Of a stretch of 64,000 nt of DNA, positions 13,990-25,300 are shown one piece after another. This DNA comes from Heterodontus francisci. Taxonomy: Eukaryota. Under the pieces are notes generated by a model. The model saw nothing but the letters and a program-made list of their open reading frames with translations. It did no database searches and was not told the DNA's origin. How positions within the stretch are numbered: position 1 is the first letter of the stretch; each line of letters starts with the position of its first letter. Where the stretch lies: assembly GCF_036365525.1 (NCBI RefSeq), contig NC_090399.1:57382430-57446429 (forward strand). Direction: 5' to 3'. The position numbers and the translations under genes were made by a program.

Positions 13990-14265
13990 CAACAGGAACA
14001 AAGGAGACAAGAGGAGATTTCATTGAGGGATTTTCAAATGATGAAGGGTTTTGATCAAGTGAATCGGGAAATACGATTTCCTCTGTTTTAGGGGCCATTG
14101 AAGAGGGGGCAATAATTTAAAATGCTCATTGAGTGAGGAGAGAGGATAGGAGACATTCCTTCTGAGTTGTTTGGAACATGGAATGCCCTACAAACAGGGA
14201 GTGGGTGATGGAAAGAGCTTTGCATCTTTTAAAGGGAAATTGGATCAATATTTGAAGGAGTGAAA
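13990..14265 (+). mobile_element. Degenerate CR1 3' fragment
   Basis: Resembles the RGD(L)IE..K, WNAL and FKG(E)LD CR1 segments. Confidence 0.5.
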
Positions 14266-16174
14266 GAGACTGGTTGGTCAGATTGCAGAGCTCACAGAGG
14301 CTGTCTATAGTGTGTGAGTCAGAGTTTGGAGAGTAAGGTCACTGAGTCTGTCATCCCTACCACTTCCACCTTCGGGATTCTGACATTGATTTCTATTGTT
14401 AAATATATAAATTGACCCCGTCTCCCCTTGTGCTGGACCTCCACATCCAGACATCCTGTCCCCACATCAGCATCAAGCAGCAAACCTGCTCCAGCTCCAG
14501 CTCCACTTCACCATTGCTTGGGGTTAATGACACTGAAACTGGTTAGTGCCAAGTCCATACAGTCATCTCCCACTGATGTCAGCTGTGGGTTCACCTTGGG
14601 ACTGAACAGGACAGGCTCAGGATGGGGAGGCTCCTGTTGTCTTGATGGTTCAGAGTGGGACAGGATGCTTATGGCCACTCACCAACCTGTCCCTGATATC
14701 CCAGTCCACACCATCAGGTGAAGCCCTGTTAACAGCTTCTATTGAGACCTCCCAGGATGAAGACAAATGGTCCTCTTTGGGCACCAGCGCCTCTGAGGTG
14801 TCTGTGCACAGACACAATGGGCTGAATGGCCTCCTTCTGTGCTGTAATTGTTCTGTGGGTCTATGGTGCCAGAGTCAGGCTGGTTCACCCAGGCAGCACC
14901 AGCTACTGTCGGTGAGTCCATCACCCGAGGCATCTACCATCCCCTCTGGTGCCACTAACCCAGCCCTGGGACATTGGTCTCCAGTTGACACTGGCTCATT
15001 TGGGGACATCACCCTCTGAGGACTCAACTATGCTCAGGATCGTCGATGTTGTGGGTGATTTCCACCTTGGTGAGGGCAGTCGCAGGTCTCTGTTAACTTT
15101 TTATAGATCAGTGCCTCCCCCACCATCACTGTGGAGCCACCTTCAACCTCTCCCTCTAACTGCTGAGGGACAGCCAGATTGCGAGGGCACCCTCTCCCAG
15201 GGAGGGTACATGTGTCTCAGTGCCACTTCCCCCAAGTGGCAGGGGTTTACATCTCGAAGGTTTAACCAATGACTTGTATTCATCAGTTGATAGCTGCCTT
15301 GATCCCTGCTCCCAGGACTCCCTATCAACCTTCCCTGTCGGCTCAGCCTGTGGAAGCTTCCTGGAATTGGGAGCCAGAGTCGGAACACAACCAGCATCTG
15401 CTGAGGCCTTTTCATGAGAGAGAGAGAGAGAGTCAGAGACCAGGAGCAGGTTGGTATCTGCCATCCCACACTGCTGCCACAGAGGGATTGGGCCAGTAGT
15501 TAACAGGGACGTCTCCAAAGGCCATTCCTAATTTACTGCTGGGTTGGAGAGAGCTCTTGGCTGTGGCTTTCTGTTCCTTCAAGGAATATTATACCTACAT
15601 TCCCTCCGTTCAGGGGCAGTGCCAGGAGCCAGTGGACAGTCAGTTCCTCAGGGAGCCAGTAATTGTCCAGTCTTTGGTTGGCAGGGTAAGTGAGAACACT
15701 GTCCGGTCAATGCAAATACAGGCAAACGGCAGACTGTGGTAGTGGGGCTAAGCTGCTCGTGATGGAGGTGGAATGAAAGGCTGGTCTGTCCAAAGACACA
15801 GGGAACTGTCTCAAACTGTTCATAGTGTAACCAGTCCACTGGCCTACTCTAAATAGTAGAGCAGGAGGGACAGGCAAGATTTCCCTGAGAGGCAGCAGAG
15901 AGGGAAGGAGGGTAATGGGAAAGCAGTAACTGAGCTCTGGATAGACATGGAACTTTCATCCAGGTAGGATGGTGAAGGCCAGTGAGAATTACTGGCTGCT
16001 CTGGGAATTCCCTGTCTAGTATTGTACTGGTCATGGGGCAGGGGGAAGGGATGGTCAGGGTGATGGTTTCAAAGTCAACCCTGATCAAATGATTCTTAGT
16101 GATCCTGGTTCTTTGTGTCAGGGTCTGGGACTGGACAGAGTGAACACACAGATACAGTTTGTGGAACAAGTGTT

Positions 16175-16180
16175 TTTATT
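16175..16180 (-). terminator. Candidate polyadenylation signal AATAAA
   Basis: AATAAA on the gene strand with a downstream GU-rich element. Confidence 0.45.
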
Positions 16181-16459
16181 ATTCAATAGGTACAAATGTA
16201 AACTTTAATCCAGTACGTAGAGTGGTACAGAGTGCAATCCCAAACATTTTACATTCCCCACCCTCGGTTCATACAACAGGCCAGTGACAGACTGGGTTCA
16301 GGGAAGTGAAGCTGTTCATTTCATTTAATAAACCACATTCCCGGGAAACACAGGATCCAACCTCAGGCACCAATGAAGACGGACAGTTAAAAAACAGAAA
16401 CTTAAACTGATCAGAGAATTAAAACGTCGAACCTCCCAGAGGGAAGAGATAGAAACATA

Positions 16460-17182
16460 GTCAGTGATCTGTGATTGGTCAATGGCCTGTTGATCCCTCC
16501 CTATAATCAGTGATTTGTGATTGGTCAGTGGCCTGTCGATCCCTCCCTATGCTCAGTGATTTGTGATTGGTCAGTGGCCTGTCGATCCCTCCCTATAATC
16601 AGTGATCTGTGATTGGTCAGTGGCCTGTCGATCCCTCCCTATGCTCAGTGATTTGTGATTGGTCAGTGGCCTGTCGATCCCTCCCTGTGCTCAGTGATCT
16701 ATGACCGGTCACCGGCCTGTCGATCCCTCCCTGTGTTCAGTGATCTGTGATTAGTTACGGCCTGTCGATCCCTCCCTGTGCTCAGTGATCTGTGATTGTT
16801 CATCTGCCTGTCGATCCCTCCCTGTGCTCAGTGATTCGTCACCAGCCTGTCGATCCCTCCCTGTGCTCAGTGATCTATGATTGGTCACCGGCCTGTCGAT
16901 CCCTCCCTGTGCTCAGTGATCTATGATTGGTCACCGGCCTGTCGATCCCTCCCTGTGCTCAGTGATCTATGATTGGTCACCTGCCTGTCGATCCCTCCCT
17001 GTGCTCAGTGATCTGTGATTGGTCACCGGCCTGTCGATCCCTCCCTGTGCTCAGTGATCTGTGATTGGTCACGGCCTGTCGATCCCTCCCTGTGCTCAGT
17101 GATCTGTGATTGGTCACTGGCCTGTCGATCCCTCCCTGTGCTCAGTGATCTGTGATTGGTCACGGCCTGTCGATCCCTTCCC
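16460..17182. repeat. ~46-bp minisatellite, ~16 copies (cctgtcgatccctccctgtgctcagtgatctgtgattggtcaccgg)
   Basis: Direct inspection. Confidence 0.95.
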
Positions 17183-17619
17183 TTTACTGGTTTAAATGAA
17201 TATTTCTCAGATGCAGGAATGCAAGCAACAACAGCAATTAGAAACATCTCAATATTAAACTCCAAAATATTCAACTGGAGATTTCTACCAAATTACCAAG
17301 CAGAAAATAAACTCAGAATTCCAATAAATGATAGATGTATTGTTTCACTATATAAAACACAGCCAAATAAAGATAAAACATCCAGATTGTTTCTAAATGA
17401 ATCCTCCCAGTGACACAGCCAGTCCAATCACTAGTTCGAGTAATCTTCAATTCGGAATCAACCTGGCAAATGAGAGATGGACAGAATCACATGGAGGCTT
17501 CACACCCAGTACAGGAGTTGGAACCCAGAAAGATCAATGTGGAAACTCTGTTCCTTAGACACTTACTCCATCCCTCTCCCTGGTCACTGTCAGACTGAAC
17601 CAGATTGTTCACAACCTCA

Positions 17620-18035
17620 GTGTCCTATTTATTCCTGAGCTGAGCTTCCAACACCATAACCTCTCCATCACCAAGATCCCCTCTTGATCCAGCGCAGTAA
17701 CACTAACCTACTCCATCTCTGCCTCAGCTCATCTGCTGCTGAAACTCTCATCAATACCTTCATTACCCCCAGACACTGCTGACCAACCTCTCATATTTCA
17801 TCCTCCATAAACTTCAGGTCATCCAAAACTCTGCTGCCCGAATCCTAACTCACACCAAGTCCCATTCACCATCACCCCTGCATTCTCTATCCTACATAGG
17901 TTCCTGGTCCGGTAATGTCTCAAATGATTTTAAGGTTCTCATCCTCATTGTCAAATCCCTCCATATCTTCATAACCTCTGTAGCCCCCCAACTTAGAGAT
18001 CTCTACGCACCTCCAATTCTGACCTCTTTCTTCCC
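17620..18035 (+). mobile_element. L2 LINE fragment
   Basis: LSSSAAETLINTFIT, KLQVIQNSAARILT. Confidence 0.75.
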
Positions 18036-19337
18036 CCCCTCCCCCTCCAATCCCACTCCCTTTAACACATCATTGGCAGCTGTTCCAGGTGTCATGGGAC
18101 AGGTTCCCTACAGTCACAGGTAAAGAGTGCAGTGATATGACTGAACCCAGACTGACCAGCCTGAACCCACAATCCATCCCCTGAAACTTCTCCAGGAGCA
18201 CCATATCTCAGTGAAGATCGAGTGTCCCAGCACTGGATCACCAGGCTCACTGCACAATCTATTAGTCTAAGACCCAGGCTCCAAAATGAAGTCTAATCTC
18301 TGTCCCCACGTACACAGCACAACTATCTCTCCCTCTCCAGGTGACAGATCCCATCCTCCTGTATATTAAACAGCTGCAGTGTCTCACTAAGCAGCTGACA
18401 GCATCCGGAAGTTTGTTGCTCACCAGCCCAGCTTTAGAAAGTTCCAGTTCTCCGTGTGATTCATGTCTTTGCTGCCTGGAATATTAACCTGCACAATCCA
18501 GTCACACTCCTGGAATCACCTGCTCCCTTCCCAACATATTGACCTCCCATTGGTCCAAAACAGTTGTACGTTTAATTCATTGGCTCAAGGGAACTGGATG
18601 CAGGTCAGGCACATTTAACAGAACAAGAGAATCCCAGGAGGTTCATGTTACACCATCAGTGCAGGACCAGGGGTACAAAGTAACAAGACAAGTTCAGAAC
18701 AAGTCAGCAGTACTTAGACTGGTCTCTGGATAGAGACGTGGACAGCAGTTAGACATGGGGGAGTGTGAGGAATCATCGCAGTCTGAGCAAGGAGGAGCCA
18801 GAGAGGCTGAATGGCCTCCCTGTGGTTTGTAATATACAAGTATATCTTTGTGATGGGGAAGAGCAGCAATGAATGGTGAAGAGCAGTAGGAGAATGAAAG
18901 GAGGTGACTCGAGGTTAAATTGAGGAGGACAGCTTCACTCTACCTGACCAGACCTGGACCTGCTCAATACTGATGGTGGGTTAAAAAAACTGCTCCTTGT
19001 CACAAAACCAGCTGATATTGATGGAACTCCTGTGTATTAAACCAGAGTTGATCAATGGTCGGCCACGACTATCAGAGTTAGTCACTTTACCATTGGAGCT
19101 TGTGTCTCTTACAGACTGGCTCATGAAACTCAACTTACACTTTATTTATTTATTTTTATTTCTATTTAGAGATACAGCACTATGTGAGAAATTTATGTAA
19201 ACAAGTAAAAACACTGCGAGCCAGTGGTGAAACTCAGTAAAGTCCCTTCCGATACCCTGAGCTCACAGTTACTGCTGTTTATAAACTGCTTTGATGCTAG
19301 TTTAGCTGCTGTTAAACTCCAGTGAGTGATTCATACC

Positions 19338-19384
19338 TCAGGCCAGGGCTGATGAGTTCGAGGATGATTCCACTCCTCTTACAG
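19338..19384 (-). CDS. UAA: MHC class I exon 7, cytoplasmic end (PVRGVESSSNSSALA*)
   Basis: tctttctttttcacag|CT; Ser-rich tail; TGA followed by G|gtatga donor. Confidence 0.85.
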
Positions 19385-22300
19385 CTGTGAAAAAGAAAGA
19401 TTTCAGTCACACAGTCACTTTACAACATGGNNNNNNNNNNNNNNNNNNNNNNNNNNNNNNNNNNNNNNNNNNNNNNNNNNNNNNNNNNNNNNNNNNNNNN
19501 NNNNNNNNNNNNNNNNNNNNNNNNNNNNNNNNNNNNNNNNNNNNNNNNNNNNNNNNNNNNNNNNNNNNNNNNNNNNNNNNNNNNNNNNNNNNNNNNNNNN
19601 AGACAAAGTAATGGAGCTATACTGTCTTAACAGACCAGAAATGGCTGTTCAGCCAATCGAGTCCATGCCAGAAAGTTCTGCCTCGAAGACAAGGCAGCTA
19701 ACAACTGAACCAGACTATTGTAATATTTGCACACTTACGATTTGCTGAGCTGTAACTGTGTTTATATTCTCCTCCTACAAAGATCAGAAACAGAACTTCA
19801 GTTAACAAAAGCTCCCCCACCCACCCCTCACCCACACAAACTTACTGTAGTCATGGGGGGAATGACCAGCTTAACCTGAGCTCGCTTACAGGAGACTCTG
19901 CTCCTCACTCAACCCTTTACTCTGCATTCAGCCCAGTCCCTTCATCCCCTGTACAGGCCCCCCAGTCCCCTCACTCCCTGTAGGGGACCTCAGTCCCCTG
20001 ACTCCCCATATGGGCCCTCAGTCACCTCACACCCTGTACGGGGCCTCAGTCCCCTCACCCCCTGTACGGGATCTCAGTCCCCTCACTCCCTGTAGGGGAC
20101 CTCAGTCCCCTGACTCCCTATATGGGCCCTCAGTCACCTCACACCCTGTACGGGACCTCAGTCACCTCACTCCCTGTACGGGATCTCAGTCCCCTCACTC
20201 CCTGTACGGGACCTCAGTCCTCTCACTCCCTGTACGGGACCTCAGTCACCTCACTCCATGTAAGGGTCCCTCAGTCCCCTGACTCCCCATATAGGCCCTC
20301 AGTCACCTCACTCCCTGTACGGGACCTCAGTCCCCTGACTCCCGATATGGGCCCTCAGTCACCTCACTCCCTGTACAGGCCCCCAGTCCCCTCACTCCCT
20401 GTACAGGCCCTCAGTCACCTCACTCCCTGTACAGGCCCCCAGTCCCCTCACTCCATGTACGGGACCCCCAGTCCCCTCACTCCGTGTAAGAGTCCCTCAG
20501 TCCCAGCTCCCCATATGGGCCCTCGGTCCTCTCACTTCCTGTTCCTCAGCCCCCTCACGCTCTGTACATCACTGGACTGTGTGTGCATTTCCCACATGTG
20601 TAGGAAAGTCTCTAATGCTTTGATATTTGTGCTTTAACATTTTAAAACTGCTGATACCAGAGAGTGACAGACCCTGCCCTCACTTCCTACCTCTCCTTTT
20701 CAACGCAACTGCACCGATGACAACAGCAATCAGAGCGATGGCAGCAACAACAATTCCAACAATCAGTCTGATATTTGTTCCCTCTGAAGATCCTACAGTC
20801 ACTGGGAGCATCCTGGCTGTGGGGGGGGGGAGGGGGGAAATGAGGAGGAGATCAATGAATAACCACAATCGCTGCTCATTCAGAAGCAAGTGTACCAAAG
20901 CGGGGCCTGAGTTTGAATGAGATTCAAGTCTGTGATGTAATGGGCAGTCTGAGCAGAGCATGTTGTAGGTTAGAAAGGTTCAGCATGACTTGGATTACAC
21001 TCCTGTGAAGCACTTTGGGATGTTTATCTACATTAAAGGAGATAAATAAATGCAGACATTGGAATTCCACATCATTCCAAAGACACTTCCAGTCACCCAA
21101 ACAAGTGATTAATTCCCACATCAATCTCAGAATAGGCTTGTTGCAGCATAGTGATGGGAGGTAGGGAGTTTCTAGGGAAAGGAAAGAGGGGGTGCCATAT
21201 TGATCAAAGATACTGTTACAGCACTGGAAAGGGGTGACATGCTGGAGGATTCAATGTCAGAATCTATTTGGGTAGAGTTAAGGAACAATAGAGGAGCTAT
21301 TTCATTGCTGGGTGTAAACTATTGGTCACCCCAAATATAGGGAAGGAGGTCGAGAAGCAAATCTGCAGGTAGATTGCAGAAAGATGTAAGAACTTTAGAA
21401 TGGTGATAATGGGGGAGTTCAATCATCCTAATATAGACTGGGATAGTAACAATGTAAAGGCAAAGGTCAGAAAGGAATTCCTGAAATGTAGACAAGAGAA
21501 CTTTATTGATCATTGTGTTTCCAGTTCAATGTGGAAGGAGGCAGTGTTGGATTTAGTTCTGGGGAATGAAGTAGGGCAAGTGGAGCATGTTTTAATTGGG
21601 GTGCATTTGGGAAACAGTGATCACAATATCATCAGGTTTACAGTAGTTATGGAAAATGACATGGAGAAATTGAACATGAAATTACTCAACTGGAGGAGGG
21701 CTAATTTCAGTGAGTTGAAAAGCAGTCGATTGGTTTGATAAACATCACTAAAGAGGGTGCTGCTAATTTCACAGTAGAGGAAGAGGTAGTAGAGAAACTG
21801 AATAGAATAAAAATTGATAAAGAGGAGGTAGTTAAAAGGTTGGCAATGCTGAAAGTAGAAAAGTCACTGAGATTACTGAGGGAATTAAAGGTGGAGATAT
21901 CGGAGGCTGTGGTCACAATCTTGCAATCCTCCTTCGGTAGTGGGATGGTGCCAGAGGACTGGAGAGGTTCAAATGTTATACACAGACACACAGACACACA
22001 CACACACAGACACACACACACGGGCAACTACTGTTAGCCTGACTTCAGTGGTGCGAGAATGTTGAGACAACAGGAATAGGAGTAGACCATTCAATCCTTA
22101 GAGCCTGTTCTGCCATTCAGTGATATTGAGGGTGATCTGTGTCCTAACTCCATATACCTCAATAGATTAGCTAGCAAAAAAATCTATTGACCTCAGATCT
22201 GAATTTAATTGAGCTAGCATTTACTGCTTTTTATGGAACAGAGTTACACACTTCTCCCACCATCTGTTTGAAGAAACGCTTCCTAACTTCTCTCCTGAAT

Positions 22301-25300
22301 GGTCTGGGTCTGATTTCAATGTTATATCCCCTTTGTCCGAGACTCCACCACCAGCAGAAAAGTTTCTTTCCATCTACCTTACCCTCAATTCCTTCCAAAA
22401 TCCTGAAAACCTCAATCGTCCTTTAACCTTCTCTATCCCAGGGAACACAAGCCTAGTCTGTGTAATCTCTCCTCATAATTAAACCTTTGTAGCCAAGTAA
22501 CATTCTGTTGAATCTGTGCTGCACTCCTTCCAAGGCCAGTATATTTATACCTTTCTAAAGATGAGGTGCCCAGAACTGTACACAGTTCTCCAGGTCTGGT
22601 CCGAGACAAGGCTTTCCACCATTTAGAAAATACGCTGATCTACCCTTATTTCATCCAAAATGGATGACTTCACGTTTGCCTGCACGGAAATACATCTGCC
22701 ACAATTTTGCCCACCCAAACAATCAATGTCTCTTGTCATTTTATGCTCCTGTCTACTCTGCTTGCTATGCCACTGAACCTGGTGTCATCAGTAAACTTGG
22801 ATATGTGTCGCTCTATTGTGCTTTTTAAGACTTTAAATACTGAATGGTTGAGGCCCCAGCACAGATCCCCGTGAGATACCACTGGTCATTTCCTTCCAAT
22901 TCATACATACCCATTATCCCTACAGTCTGTCTACTGCCAAATCAATTTCCTAATCAGCTCAATAATATGCTTTCAATTCCAAGAGCTTTAAGAAATCTCT
23001 TATGTGGAACCTTATCGAAAGTCTTCAGCAAGTCCACATAAACTATATCCATAGACATTCCCCTATCCACTACTTTAGTTACTTCCTCAAAAAAATTCAA
23101 TTTGTTTCATTAGACATGACCTCCCCCTTACAAATCCACATTGGCTCTCTTCAATCAGCTCAAATTTCTCTAAGTACTCAGTCACTCTGTCTTAATGATA
23201 GATTCCATAACCTTCCCCACAACAGATGTTAGACTAACAGATTTATAATTTCTTGGTTTCTCTCTCACCTTTCTTTAATAATGAAGTTATGTATACAATT
23301 TTCCAATCGATAGGAATAATTCCTGCATCGAGGGAGCTTTGGAAGATTATGGCGAAATTATCTACAATTTCCTCACCTACTTTCTTTAAAACCCAGGGGT
23401 GAAACCAACAGGTCCTGGGCATTTCTCAGTCTCTACAGTCATTTTTCTAAATACTATTTTCCAGCTTACATTGTCATTGGTTCATTATTTGTTTCCCTGC
23501 AATGTCAGGTATATTATCCTTTCCCATTCCTATGAAGATTGAAGCCTGGAAAAAGTAAAGCAGTAACAGAGCAATGGAGAACATTCGGGAAGAGATAGTT
23601 CAGACAGAAACATATAAACTAGATATGTTCCTTTGAAGGGGAAAGGGCAGAGCATCCAAAGCTAATGTGCCCTGGATGACAAAGGAAGTAAAAGTTAAAC
23701 TAAAGCAGAGAAAAAAGGAGGCTATGACAGATGTCACTAGCAAGATTCAGTTAATAACCAGGAAGATTATGAAAAGTACAGGAATGTACAAATACACCAA
23801 TCACTACAGGTTAGCAAGGCTTTCTTTCTAGAGGAATAGAATTGAAAAGTACTGAAATTATGTTAAACCTGTATCAAACCGCGCGACGTCCCAGTTGCCA
23901 TATTATAAAAAAAGAGATAGAAGCACTCAAGAGAGTGAAAGAAGATTTACAAGGACAATACAGGAAATACATGGGTACACATATCAGGAAAGGATGAACA
24001 GCTGGGTCTCTTTTCTCTTTAAAAACAAGGATGAATTGTGACTGAAAAGAGGTCTTTAAAATTTGACAGGATTTCACAGAGTGGATAGAGAGAGAAATTT
24101 TCCACTTGTTGGGAAGACCATAACAGGAGGAGATCAATAACAGATAGCTACCATGTGAACACAGAATTCGCTATCACAGGGAGTGATTGAAGCAAATAGT
24201 ATCGATCTATTTAAGGAGAAACTAGACAAGCATATGAGGGAGAAGGGAATACAGAGTTACGATGATAGATTTTTTTTAGTTTAGAGATACAGCACTGAAA
24301 CAGGCCCTTCGGCCCACCGAGTCTGTGCTGACCATCAACCACTCATTTATACTAATCCAACACTAATTCCATTTTCCTACCACATCCCCATCTGTCCCTA
24401 TATTTCCCTCCCTATACTAGGAGCAATTGCTAATGGCCAATTCACCTGTCAACCTGCAAGTCTTTGGCATGTGGGAGGAAACCAGAGCACCCGGAGGAAA
24501 CCCACGCAGACACAGGGAGAACTTGCAAACTCCACAGAGGCAGTACCCAGAATTGAACCCGGGCCGCTGGAGCTGTGAGGCTGTGGTGCTGACCACTGCG
24601 CCACTGTGCCGCCCTTTAAATGAGGAAAGATGGGAGGAGGCTTGAGTGGTGCATAAACACCAACATGGACTGGTTGGGCCGAATGGCCAGTTTCTCTACT
24701 ATTTATCCTATGTAATCTTTCAATCTTCATTGGATATAGGAGCGCTATTGGAGAACTGGAGGGTTGCTAATGTTATACCACTATTAAAGAAAGGGGAGAG
24801 GGATAAACCAGGAAATCACAGGCCAGTCAGCTGATAATTGGTAGTGGGGAAGTTATTCAAATCCAGTATCAAGGACAAAATTAACTTTCAATTGGAAAGG
24901 CATGGGTTAATCAAGAAGAGCCAGCATGGGTTTGTTAAAGGCAAATTGTGTCTGACCAACTTGATTGAATTCTTTGATGAGGTAACGAAGAAGATTGATC
25001 AACATAGTTCAATAGATATAAAAACAAGAAATGCTGGAACCACTCAGTAGGTCTGGCAGCATCTGTGAAAAGAGAAGCAGAGTTAATGTTTCGGGTCAGT
25101 GACCCTTCTTTGGAACTGACAAATAGTTCAATAGATGTTGCACATATGGACTTTTGGAAGGCGTTCAGCAAAATGCTGCACAGGAGGCTTATTAAGGAGA
25201 TGTCAGCCCATGGAACCAAGGGGATATGAAACTGGCTCAGTGACTGGAAGCAAAGGATGTTGGTAGATGTTTTTCAGATTGGGAAGTGGGGGGCAGTGTT

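Larger units (their letters stand above)
16155..17462 (-). other. Probable non-coding last exon (3' UTR) of the MHC class I gene
   Basis: Donor 1 nt after the stop codon; candidate acceptor ccatctctcatttgccag|G at 17463; AATAAA at 16180-16175 followed by GT-rich tgtatctgtgtgttc. Boundaries are inferred. Confidence 0.5.

Noticed and set aside
14420-16130. GC-richer stretch with many short ORFs, possibly an old L1/Tx1 ORF1 or a further exon
   Set aside because: No convincing motif or splice pattern recognised; needs a database search
16460-17182. CRISPR-like appearance of regular repeats (here and in the other arrays)
   Set aside because: No unique spacers, no cas genes, vertebrate context
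19385-19738. Missing coding exon hidden in the N gap
   Set aside because: Exons 6 and 7 already join in frame into a normal-length tail; it cannot be fully excluded
24272-24615. tRNA gene (also 35324-35400 and 55360-55410)
   Set aside because: The A/B boxes belong to SINE heads; no cloverleaf
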